Shown piece after piece: positions 1 to 9,123 of a DNA stretch of 64,000 nt. Within the stretch, counting starts at the first letter, position 1, and the number at the start of each line of letters is the position of its first letter. The notes below the pieces were generated by a model. That model saw only the letters and a program-made list of their open reading frames with translations, was not told where the DNA came from and searched no databases. The position numbers and the translations under genes are program-made. Source of the stretch: Paramoeba atlantica (lineage: Eukaryota > Protista > Discosea); NCBI GenBank assembly GCA_977017575.1, contig CDRNVI010000045.1:287087-351086 (forward strand), given 5' to 3'.

Positions 1-469
1 TAGGCTTCAACGCCTCCATTACCGAAGGAGATGTCACGTTGAGGAAATTGGACATAACGTAATAGGGGGTCTGTTCCTGGGGTATGTTGTGTCTCGGTGG
101 CTGGGTGATATTCGATATTTTGATGTGGGATCCATTGGTCTGACGATGAGCCTTGGTGATGATACGTCGGGTAGTGGATCTGTGGGTATCGATATTGCTG
201 ATTCGAAATTTGCACGTGTGGGACGGTAGTTTTTCCGTTTGTGTCTTGCAAACGGGTCGGATAGAGGTGCTGGTCCGTAATACTGGCTGATAAATGTTTT
301 TCCGTTTTGTACTTGCTTTGTTTATTGTAATTTGACTTTGTATTTTTATTTTCGTTTTCGTGTTCTGCTTCATATTGATATTTTTGTATTTTGGATTCTG
401 TATTTGATCTTTTAACTTCCTTTTTATTGGTGTGTACTTGCTTTTCCTCGGGGGGAGGACTCTTGAGAG

Positions 470-1720
470 TCAGTGCTGTGGACCGATCCCCCGTCCACGA
501 AAATCCGGAGCGCGTGGTGCGATGGTCGCTTGACGCGTAATGCCATGTTCTAGTATGCCAGTCCGATTTATGGGGGTCCGATTTGCATATACTCGCCCTC
601 GTATCGGCATGCGAGGCGTATAGCGGGTCCGCTGGGATCCACGGCTCGTATACGTGGTTGCTTGATTGTAGGTTACGCTTTGCTCAATTACATTACCAAG
701 TCGGTCCTGTGGGTCTTTCTGGGTAACGTATTGTGAGCGTATATATCGAGCATCTGCTCCTCGATATATTCCTTGCAGAATGCGTATCTGGTCAACTGTG
801 CTTTGGCCGACGTTTTTGTGATTGACGGCGTCGCTGTTCACGCCCCCTCTTTCTGCGCTATCGTCTATCCAAGCACACAAGATATCCCAAAGGGCTTGTA
901 GCTGTGGTGACATTCGAGAAGGGAGATCCAGCGCCGTTCGCAACCGCTGTTTCAATATTTCAATCCCTAGTGGCCCCTGGGTAATGTATGTGTTCCATGT
1001 TGTAACGTCCCGGAGGTTGAAACTGTCGTTCGTCTCTTCTGATGGTGCAGTTTCATCGTCCGATTCGGGCAATTTGCCTGGCATCTTTGGCTCACTTGCT
1101 GATATCACGATGCGCGTATAACACACGTTGCTATTAGGCAGAGGATAGTTACCCCATGGGTAGGAAACAATGATAGGATTTTCCTCGTCTCCATTGTCCT
1201 CTACCGTACCTCGCCATGTTGTCGCTGTCTCTTTCCTACCTCCAACGGGGAACCAGGTTACTTCGACTTCTATGTCATTCTGTTGCATGGTCGCCATAAC
1301 CTCATTGACTTGACTCTCTACTTCCTCTGGGAGCATAACCCTTTGTGCGGCGTATTGCTTGTTGAGCTCTTCTGGCACACTGCATCTCTTTTTCAAGGAG
1401 GTTGGAAGAGGACATAAGGTGTTCCCAGGTGCTTGTCCGTGTCGCGGTGCAGATGGATCCGTAATGTTTGTCTCTTTTCGCCTTTTCCGTTCACGCTCCT
1501 CCATCGCATCAACCTTCGAAGTGACTTTTTCAAGTGCACGCGTTAGCTTTTCCACGACTGTATTGACCTGTTCGGTGAGGAAAACATCTGGAAGTGAGTG
1601 GCTCGAAGTGATTTGTGTCGAATTCGGTTTTGGGTAATATGTGCCGCACGTTTGTTCAGTGTCGCTATCCGTGGCATAGTCCTCTTGAGAATCATGTGCT
1701 TTCGAACGTGTTTGCACCAT
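470..1720 (-). CDS. 416-aa ORF of unknown function (MVQTRSK...), probably ORF1/gag-like protein of a mobile element; SL-processed copy
   Basis: Open ORF with a basic R-rich C-terminus. Near-identical second copy at 12307-13745. SL remnant directly on its 5' UTR. The ORF-track start at 1768 lies in SL/UTR sequence; the first ATG is at 1720. Confidence 0.6.
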   Translation of the reverse strand: MVQTRSKAHDSQEDYATDSDTEQTCGTYYPKPNSTQITSSHSLPDVFLTEQVNTVVEKLTRALEKVTSKVDAMEERERKRRKETNITDPSAPRHGQAPGNTLCPLPTSLKKRCSVPEELNKQYAAQRVMLPEEVESQVNEVMATMQQNDIEVEVTWFPVGGRKETATTWRGTVEDNGDEENPIIVSYPWGNYPLPNSNVCYTRIVISASEPKMPGKLPESDDETAPSEETNDSFNLRDVTTWNTYITQGPLGIEILKQRLRTALDLPSRMSPQLQALWDILCAWIDDSAERGGVNSDAVNHKNVGQSTVDQIRILQGIYRGADARYIRSQYVTQKDPQDRLGNVIEQSVTYNQATTYTSRGSQRTRYTPRMPIRGRVYANRTPINRTGILEHGITRQATIAPRAPDFRGRGIGPQH

Positions 1721-1762
1721 TTCCACTTTTATTCGTGCGAAATACAAATAAGAAAAGTCTGT

Positions 1763-1777
1763 CAACAAGGTACAGAA
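1763..1777 (-). other. Spliced-leader remnant (3' 15 nt, TTCTGTACCTTGTTG)
   Basis: Exact match to the 3' end of the SL at 4293/15749, fused to ACAGACTTTTC exactly where the unspliced copies have AG. Confidence 0.85.
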
Positions 1778-1838
1778 TATTTATCTTATGTACTTGCTAG
1801 ATCTTTACTTGCTGTTACTTACGACGGGGCTCGCCCGC

Positions 1839-1986
1839 TCCACTTTTATTCGTGCGAAATACAAATAAGAAAAGTCTGTCTAATTTTGCAAATAATATCA
1901 TGCCGTAGTTCACGAATAAGTCCTTCATGTTTTCCTTAATTCCTGACACTAGTACAAAGGCCCAATTACATTTCCAAGAGTTTTAT
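1839..1986 (-). repeat. Unspliced 5' fragment of the same element, with trans-splice acceptor AG at 1881-1880
   Basis: Reverse complement of about 12158-12305; reads ...GCAAAATTAG|ACAGAC. Confidence 0.8.
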
Positions 1987-2021
1987 AACAAGGTACTAAG
2001 GAACTAGGGAGGGTGTCATTC
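1985..2021 (+). ncRNA. Unassigned structured motif, copy E (3' half only)
   Basis: ATAACAAGGTACTAAGGAACTAGGGAGGGTGTCATTC matches the 3' half of copy D (10303-10339). Confidence 0.55.
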
Positions 2022-2182
2022 AGCATAATCTTTGGAGAAGATTACCCCCATGACCCCCTTCACCCCTCCCTCTGACCACCCACCGTGCTACCCGCCGCGC
2101 TTCGGCCGCGCCACCCGCTGCTCTCCCCGCCGTGCTCCCCGCATCCCTCCCCGCTGAGCTCCCCACCCGTGCTCCCCGCCAC

Positions 2183-2280
2183 GCCACCCGCCGCGCCACC
2201 CGCCACGCCACCCGCCGCGCCACCCGCCGTGCCACCCGCCGCGCCACCCGCCGCGCCACCCGCCGCGCCACCCGCCGCGC
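2183..2280. repeat. GC-rich 12-bp minisatellite (GCCACCCGCCRC)n, about 8 units, degenerate flanks 2085-2304
   Basis: Directly visible tandem repeat; it explains the overlapping low-complexity ORFs at 2020-2413. Confidence 0.9.
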
Positions 2281-2362
2281 TCCCTGCCACACTCCCCGCC
2301 GCGCTTGTTTTCGACCCCCTGCGCCGCCCTTGCCAACACCCCCATCGCCACGCCCTTTGCAT

Positions 2363-2414
2363 GGGTCGCCCGGTGTCAAGATAACAAGACACTAAACAAC
2401 TAGGGCATGACACC
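2363..2414 (+). ncRNA. Unassigned structured motif, copy A
   Basis: GCCC-G-GTGTC-AAGATAACAA-GACAC-TAAACAACTA-GGGC, with outer helix extension GTC/GAC. Confidence 0.65.
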
Positions 2415-2710
2415 TCATTCTCCCGGAGGAGGCAAGTCGGGTGTCTACATGCTGCGGTTGAGCCTAGGCTCTCGCGCTGTAGATTTACTCCCCGCGTGGA
2501 GCACCCGCACCGCTACCTACGCGGAAAGTGAGGAGGCCACATCTCTTCGGAGACAAATGGCCCGGACCCAACAACAACAACAACATAGGGCGCGCCCGAG
2601 GCGGACGGGGAATGGCCTCCCGAAACGGCCACAACATCGCCGGGTCAAAGTGACTCGGCCCCGGGGCCGGACGCCCCATCAAACTGTACGGGGAGGGAGA
2701 AGACCGTACA

Positions 2711-3080
2711 GTGCACCTAATGCAAAGTTTCCTCGGCGCCGGCCGATCTTTCCCAGAAGAGGGGTCATTATTACAAACAAAAATACCAAAAAATATAGTT
2801 ATACAGCAATTATCAGAAGAAACAGTCTGCCAAGAAGTTTTGAAAGCCGAAAATGTCTTTCGCGAGAAGTTCGCGGAAGGAACAATGGACATTATGCGTC
2901 GCATATGGCGACGGTATCAAAGTTATGTGGGGCGGCTCCGAGAATACGGACATTACCTCGAGGAGGAGATATACCTAGCCGCATTTGCGGTGCATCTGAA
3001 CGAGGTTTAAAGCGATAAAACGGTTGCTCAATACCTTTGCCATTTAGAGAACGAATACGCTTTGCCAGGATCGCCGCTCC
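2711..3080 (+). pseudogene. Possible degenerate N-terminal (core-binding) fragment of a tyrosine recombinase
   Basis: IWRRYQSYV...YLAAFAVHL and, after a frameshift, SDKTVAQYLCHL resemble LWGRLELFC...LAPATLLSYTRNL of the YR at 29105-30253. An R-rich overlapping ORF (2407-3018) mirrors that element's layout. Confidence 0.35.
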
Positions 3081-3329
3081 CATTATTAGTTTACGTGATG
3101 AAATTTAGACGAGTAATAAGTGCATTTGTGCTGCCCCCCCGAGAAGGGGGGGTGTGAAAATTCACCAAAAATATTTGAATACAATAATTTATTATGTAAC
3201 GCACGTGTACTAAATTCTAATACAGAATTTAGTACAGAATTTAGAACTTTATTCATTTATTAATATATTTATTAATATATTTGTAGAATACATTCACCTT
3301 CAATACACGATACGTACAAGTCTTTGACA

Positions 3330-3600
3330 ATGAGCCGGATTGCGGAAGCTGTGCGTAGAACCTTATCCCTTTCTCGTGCGCAAAGTCCTGAACCTGATGA
3401 TCCCGTCCAATCCACGCGACGCACGCTCGAACGTACTTTAAATCCTGATGAAGTGCATCAACCTCCTCAAAATGACAGGGTAATGCCAGGATCACGGTTG
3501 GAAGAATTCTGTGAGCGTGTACGTGTTTTCTTGCGCAAAGGGCACAAAGCTAAGGTTCAAGCTGAGGTTTTGTTAAAGGTTAAGGTTTTGTTAAGGTTTT
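3330..3600 (+). pseudogene. 5' ORF1 fragment of a YR retrotransposon relative
   Basis: MSRIAEAVRRTLSLSRAQSP resembles MSGILNTVRRTLSMGRQHSP (ORF 30320-30664). Confidence 0.45.
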
Positions 3601-3609
3601 GTTTAAGGC

Positions 3610-3736
3610 AGGTTGGCCGAGGGTTCCGGTGGGGGGGAATCCCGTTAACAACGTGACACATGATTATTTGTTTTATGCAGGCTTTCTTTTGAACTATGTT
3701 TGTGCATGTGAATTCTATCTATATATCGTATTATGG
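3610..3736. repeat. Dispersed repeat of about 125 bp, inverted copy at about 35711-35836
   Basis: GGTTGGCCGAGGGTTCCGGTGGGGGGGAATCCCG...ATCGTATTATG is present as its reverse complement at 35.7-35.8 kb. Confidence 0.8.
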
Positions 3737-4033
3737 AATCTCATTCGTTGAATCGTTCAACGAACCGACGGCGCTTCGTTGAATATTCAACGAAGTAGAG
3801 ACGTAGCCCATAACTTAAATAACATTACATGTCAGAAAATATTTCACAATTTTCAAGACTTCTATAACAGCACATACTCATTTTTTTTTAACATACTCAT
3901 TTTCCGGACATTGGAATATTACCTATCAAATAATTATATTAGGACCGGAATCCAATCAATATCCGAAAGACTCAAGGCGGGCATCCAACATTAGAAAAAG
4001 GTGACCCGGACAGAAGAAAGGCAAAGCCCCGCT

Positions 4034-4290
4034 TCAACAACGAAGCCCTCCTACCCACTGTACGGCAGGAATGTATTGTCGTAGTTGAGAAACAACTGCA
4101 TAAGCAGAGAATTTTTCAATTTCGAGCTGAAAGGCTTGACGCACTACTTGAGTATCGCAGTCAGCCCTTTTCGACAAAGCCTTGAGGAGACTTTTCGTTT
4201 CTTCATGCAACAGGCCGTAATCAGTCATTGAGATGCATTGAAAAGATTCCGGGTCCATCCCTTTCTCTTGCACGTATTTCCGGTTTTTCC
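4034..4290 (-). pseudogene. 3' fragment of CRE/SLACS-like element (family 1)
   Basis: TDYGLLHEETKSLLKALSKRA...QLEIEKFSAYAVVSQLRQYIP matches the C-terminus of ORF 4356-7805. Confidence 0.85.
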
Positions 4291-4292
4291 TT

Positions 4293-4329
4293 TCTTTAAC
4301 GATAAAGATACAGTTTCTGTACCTTGTTG
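4293..4329 (+). other. Spliced-leader copy (37 nt) at the 5' end of a CRE-like element
   Basis: TCTTTAACGATAAAGATACAGTTTCTGTACCTTGTTG, containing the kinetoplastid/diplonemid SL core ACAGTTTCTGTAC...TTG; 26 nt upstream of the ATG. Confidence 0.85.
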
Positions 4330-4355
4330 ATTTTTTTTATATCAATTTAATCACT

Positions 4356-7300
4356 ATGACGCGCCCTGCTCGGGGATCCGCCAACACACCGAAGAGTATG
4401 AGTGTGAAATCTGGTCGTGTAACTGTAAAAATACGGACGCAAGACACGAACAGCAAAGAAAAGATCGTAAAAAGCGATGCAGCAATTAAGAATTCTACCA
4501 CGGAAAAGCCGAAGAAAACACCACGCATCCGAGTCATTGGAGCCGAACCTTTATCGAAGAACTGGGTCGATCACGGAACACCCACCATCACCCCGGTAAA
4601 GAACATCATCAAAATTACTCCGCAAAAATTCAAAATAGTCTCGAACCAAGAAAACTCTGGAAACGCACGCGAAATCAATACACAATTTTCGTTTCCAACA
4701 GCTGAAAACGGGCAAGAGAGTGACATCGAAAGTGAGCGTGATCAAATGACGCTAGACAGTGATTCCGACGCTGATCAGGGAGAAATGGCGATGCGAAACA
4801 ACAGCACAAAAGCAGCAGATCAAGTTCACAACACTGTGGCGAAATGGGGGAAAGGCACTGAATGCGTAATAGAATGGGGGTTTCGGCAGAATTCAGAGAG
4901 CTACAAATCGAAAGGGACTGTTGTTGGACGAACCGCGCGAAAAGGCAATGTTAAAATTAAAGCATCCTACGAACCAGCCTTAGGAAACCAAGGACCCAGC
5001 GGCGTCTTATACCTTCCACAGTCGGACAAAATTAAAATCTACAGTCTTCGGGCGACGAAACTTCTTCAAGTGGAGACGGCGATCCAGAACCTGGAGGAGG
5101 AATCAGAAAATGTCTCGTCTGACGACAGTGGCTGCGATCTCGACCCCCTCCCGGACCTTCCCAACATCGAGCCATCCTTCGCGGTGCATGTGGTAGCAAT
5201 CTTCCGGGCGATTATCCGAGGCTATGCCACTGTTGAACTTGATTCTGAGAAAGCAGCGATCTGGCACAAATTTATGAATGCGCCGCGAGACTCACTTGCT
5301 ACAGTGCGGGATGCAATTAGAACCCAAAGAGTGGGACACGTGCGAAAGGAACGTAACGAGCTATCAGATGGCATAAATCTAAGTGCAGAACAACGAGCCG
5401 AACTAGAAATCGACAGGCGCGCGATCCGAAACGCGTTGCGAACAGCCAAAGCAGGGAATCTGGGGAAAGCCACTCGAATTCTAGATAACGTTTACAAGGA
5501 CTCCACTCTTTCGGCCGAAGAAAAATTTCAGAAACTACGAGAATTGCATCCTGATGGACCCCCTATCCAAATACCGGAAGCTGACTTCCCACGCATCGGA
5601 GTTGTTGAAAGCTCGGAACTTCGTCTGGCAGTTGAGAAATTGGCTCGTGGAGCTTCCCCCGGACCAAGCGGGCTAAGTGAGAGTATGATGCGGTTGCTTG
5701 TAGACGATGATGTATCATGCCTTTCACTGTGCCACATGGTTCGAGATGTAATCAACGGAGAAGTTCCACTAAGCGTCCGGAAGCGCCTTACTCGCTGCAG
5801 AATCATCGCCCTACCAAAGCCGCAGAATGGGATACGTCCAGTTGCCATGGGAGACACTATTTTGAAAATCTGTGGATCTATTCTACTGCAGCGACATGAA
5901 ACCACCTTGAAGACATTCTTTGCACCAATTCAACGAGGAGTCCTACACAAAAATGCCTGCGAAACCATCGTCCACGAATTGCTTCAAGAATACGAGGACG
6001 GACATGCGTTGCTTACGGTAGATTTCAGCAATGCGTATAATACCCCGCGACGCGATGCCATTGCACAAACACTGGTAAGCAATCCCATATTCAAACCTTT
6101 CCTGCGCCTGTTCTACTTTGAGTATGGGCTACCTTCGGAGCTCCTCTTCTTCGCGCATAATGCCCTCTACGCCGTCTTGGAAAGTTCTTCCGGAATCCGC
6201 CAAGGTTCAGCTCTATCCTCCATGTACTTCTGTGCCCTTCTACAAAGCCCAATACGAGAAGTAGCCAGCCTATATCCCGACGTAACGATCAGAGCATACC
6301 AGGATGACGTGACCCTAAGCTCGAAAAACGTGTTGTCACTTGAGGCAGCGTTCTTGCACTTGCGCGAACTTACCAGTGATCTTAACCTGCATGTCAAGTT
6401 TCAGAAATGTGAATGGTTCCAAAAGAATACTACATTTGATGACGAACTATTGTCCCTGAACCGCTTAGGTGTTAACTCCCGGAATGATGCGCTTAAAATA
6501 TTGGGAGCGTACATAGGAGCAAATGAGGTGATAAAAGATCTTCTTCTACGGAAGATGGAAAAACACAAATGCCTCTTCCGTCGACTCCTGCTAATGGGTC
6601 CAAGCAATCTGTCCCTCGCAATTCTACGTCGATGCACAATTCCGCGACAAGATTATCATATGCGAGTTCATCGTCCGGAAGCAACCACGCGGCTAGCCGA
6701 AGCCTTCGAAGACCACGTTCAACAAGTTCTTAAGAAATGGTGCGGAGCTGACACACAAGCCTTGCAACTAGCGGTACTTCCTCAGAAACTAGGCGGCCTA
6801 GGATTGATCTCCTCGACTTTGAAGCAGAAATACTACTTTGAAACTGCCCGGAAATCTATTGTTGAGCACCCAAAACCCAATAACGCTCCAGTAGGTATAA
6901 AAGGTGGAGATAAAGTACACGCCAACGGACAAAGTCGTAGTGAAGTCGCCCAGAAGCTGCTGAAAAAGAAGATGAAAGAAGAACACGAAAAGAAGGCTTA
7001 CGAGCTGCGGAAGAATTCGCAATTGGAGCTTGTAATGAAACGCACTATGGAGAACAACTTGCATCTCGAAAGCACGAGCAATTATATCAATCCTTATTTA
7101 TTTCGATACACACTCATGATGCGGTTAGGAATCAGTTTACCCCAAGCTCCTGCCAAAGTCACATGCCCTGGATGCTGCACCCAAGAATCCCCATCCAGCA
7201 TCATTCCACATGTTGCAGGCTGCTCTCGTTGCTCTGGTATGAACTGCACACGCAAACATTCCCACATCGTCCGCTACCTATCAGAGTTATGTTCCAAAGC

Positions 7301-7805
7301 AGGTCTTCCGAACATCACTGAACCGCGCATTCACTCCTCATATTACTGCACCAAATGTAAATGCTCCATCGCCGCCGACGTAGCCGAACAGCATCCATGT
7401 AAAGCACGCCGTATCCGCTCGGGACCTGATCTCGCCATCATGTGGCCACACATGGGGGAAGTGCTCTATGACTTCACGGTGGTGCACACCTGTTGCAACA
7501 GTTACGCGAAACAGACCAGTTCAGCACTCATACAACAAGCGATCGATCGAAAAATCAAGAAATATGTCTCCGAAAAGGGTGTCGATAGTGAATACTTCCG
7601 TTGTCTGGCCACCTCAGACTGTGGCCTTCTACACAATGACACCAAGGCACTTTTGAAGGCAATAGCGCAGCGCGCAAAAATGAACTACGACAATGTACGA
7701 CAGGGATTTCAACTTGAGCTTGAAAAGATGTCCGCATACACGGTGGTATCTCAACTACGTGAGTACATTCCGAAGGATAACTGGATAGGTGGACTTCGCT
7801 TCTAG
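4356..7805 (+). CDS. CRE/SLACS-like non-LTR retrotransposon protein, 1149 aa (RT + zinc knuckle + restriction-like endonuclease), intact
   Basis: RT motifs IRPVAMG, VDFSNAYN, GIRQGSALS, AYQDD; CPGC...HVAGC; RKHSHIV; SGPDL...YDFTV (PD-D RLE). Confidence 0.9.
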   Translation: MTRPARGSANTPKSMSVKSGRVTVKIRTQDTNSKEKIVKSDAAIKNSTTEKPKKTPRIRVIGAEPLSKNWVDHGTPTITPVKNIIKITPQKFKIVSNQENSGNAREINTQFSFPTAENGQESDIESERDQMTLDSDSDADQGEMAMRNNSTKAADQVHNTVAKWGKGTECVIEWGFRQNSESYKSKGTVVGRTARKGNVKIKASYEPALGNQGPSGVLYLPQSDKIKIYSLRATKLLQVETAIQNLEEESENVSSDDSGCDLDPLPDLPNIEPSFAVHVVAIFRAIIRGYATVELDSEKAAIWHKFMNAPRDSLATVRDAIRTQRVGHVRKERNELSDGINLSAEQRAELEIDRRAIRNALRTAKAGNLGKATRILDNVYKDSTLSAEEKFQKLRELHPDGPPIQIPEADFPRIGVVESSELRLAVEKLARGASPGPSGLSESMMRLLVDDDVSCLSLCHMVRDVINGEVPLSVRKRLTRCRIIALPKPQNGIRPVAMGDTILKICGSILLQRHETTLKTFFAPIQRGVLHKNACETIVHELLQEYEDGHALLTVDFSNAYNTPRRDAIAQTLVSNPIFKPFLRLFYFEYGLPSELLFFAHNALYAVLESSSGIRQGSALSSMYFCALLQSPIREVASLYPDVTIRAYQDDVTLSSKNVLSLEAAFLHLRELTSDLNLHVKFQKCEWFQKNTTFDDELLSLNRLGVNSRNDALKILGAYIGANEVIKDLLLRKMEKHKCLFRRLLLMGPSNLSLAILRRCTIPRQDYHMRVHRPEATTRLAEAFEDHVQQVLKKWCGADTQALQLAVLPQKLGGLGLISSTLKQKYYFETARKSIVEHPKPNNAPVGIKGGDKVHANGQSRSEVAQKLLKKKMKEEHEKKAYELRKNSQLELVMKRTMENNLHLESTSNYINPYLFRYTLMMRLGISLPQAPAKVTCPGCCTQESPSSIIPHVAGCSRCSGMNCTRKHSHIVRYLSELCSKAGLPNITEPRIHSSYYCTKCKCSIAADVAEQHPCKARRIRSGPDLAIMWPHMGEVLYDFTVVHTCCNSYAKQTSSALIQQAIDRKIKKYVSEKGVDSEYFRCLATSDCGLLHNDTKALLKAIAQRAKMNYDNVRQGFQLELEKMSAYTVVSQLREYIPKDNWIGGLRF

Positions 7806-7929
7806 AAGGTCACTAAGTGTGTTCGAATACTCTCCCTCCCCCAGTCTTCTCTCACTTTGCTTCTTCTTTCACTTTGCTTCTTCCACCTAGTTACTTGCTC
7901 TTTCCTAGCCAAAGACGATGCGCTAGCCG

Positions 7930-8939
7930 AGCTACTCCCATCCTCCTCTTCCTCAAACACTACCAAGATGGTTGTGCAATACTATCGGTAGATCTTCGCA
8001 ACGCGTTTAACTCGCCGTCTCGCGACGAAATAGCCAAAGCGTTATTCGCCTTTGCTTCGCTGCGTCCATTTCAAAGACTATTCGCCGCCGAATATTGCAA
8101 CCCGTCCGAACTTCTCTACTATGGAAGAAATGGAGAGCTTAAGGCAATCTTGAAAAGCTCAGCCGGTGTTCGCCAAGGGTCGCCGCTGTCGTCAATGCTT
8201 TTCTGTACTTTCATGCAACCTATTCTAGCCACCATCGCTCAAGAGTTTCCTACGCTTAAGATTTACGCTTTCATAGATGATATCAACTTCGCTGCTACGG
8301 ACCCTGGAATGTTAGAAAGCGCTTACCAAAGGCTCAAAGAACTAATGATCTCCAAAATGATTGATATGGCACCTCAAAAGTGTGTATGGCTTGCCGGTCA
8401 CCAAAGGCTTGCCTTACCGAAGTCGCTTGAGTTGGAGGGGATTCAGAATGAGTCTGAAGCCATAAAAACTCTAGGGGCCTTTGTAGGGGACAAAAACCGC
8501 GTTAGCGAGAAACTCTTATCCACACTTAATAAATCACGTGCGGCTTTTCGGCGACTTGAAACAATGGGGGCGAACAACATATCTCTCCTGTTACTGTCGA
8601 GATGTGTCAACGTGAGACATAGATATCAAATAAGAGTTCACGACCCAGAGGTGACACTGGAAGTAACACAACAATTCGATGCCAAAGTAAACGAAGTTCT
8701 TGAGAAATGGTTTGGAAAGTTAACCGTCAAGCAAATTTCTTGGGCCAGACTGCCGATTCGGAAAGGCGGCCTGGGATTAACACCCTCAGAATTCATCCGT
8801 GAGGCTGCATTTAACAAGTCAAAGTTTTCCGCAATGGAGCGAACAAACCTACCATCAGCTCTAGCCGAAACTTTGTACTTGCAACCAAGCCAAAACCCGG
8901 AAGGAAACGAGTCCACTGAACGGCCACCAGCCGAAGAAC
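7930..8939 (+). pseudogene. Internal RT fragment of CRE-like element
   Basis: VDLRNAFNSP, GVRQGSPLS, AFIDDI; truncated at both ends. Confidence 0.88.
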
Positions 8940-8953
8940 TCTGTACCTTGTGG
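8940..8953 (+). other. Probable SL remnant (13/14 match, TCTGTACCTTGTGG)
   Basis: It sits where the RT homology ends and precedes the structured island. Confidence 0.5.
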
Positions 8954-9062
8954 TTGTTGTTTTTTTTAATATTATTAACCCCCCGTTATGGGCATGTTCA
9001 CGTCAGGGCATCCGGCTTATGTCGGATGATGGGACTTAGCGATCCCAGCTTCCCGAGCTAAC

Positions 9063-9104
9063 TCACCCGGCGTCGCATAACAAGGCGCTAAAGAACTAGG
9101 GTGA
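9063..9104 (+). ncRNA. Unassigned structured motif, copy B
   Basis: TCACCC-G-GCGTC-GCATAACAA-GGCGC-TAAAGAACTA-GGGTGA; preceded by hairpins CATCCGGC/GTCGGATG, GGGA/TCCC and AGCT/AGCT. Confidence 0.7.
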
Positions 9105-9123
9105 ATCCGATGAATACAATATG

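Noticed and set aside
1-469. Second ORF downstream of the 416-aa gene
   Set aside because: The minus strand is T-poor and largely open in all frames, runs off the window and shows no recognisable motif.
2020-2413. Gly-, Arg- or Pro-rich proteins in several frames
   Set aside because: These are by-products of a stop-free 12-bp GC repeat.
4293-4360. SL-RNA gene
   Set aside because: No GT donor, SL intron, Sm site or T-tract terminator follows the exon; it runs straight into a UTR and ATG.
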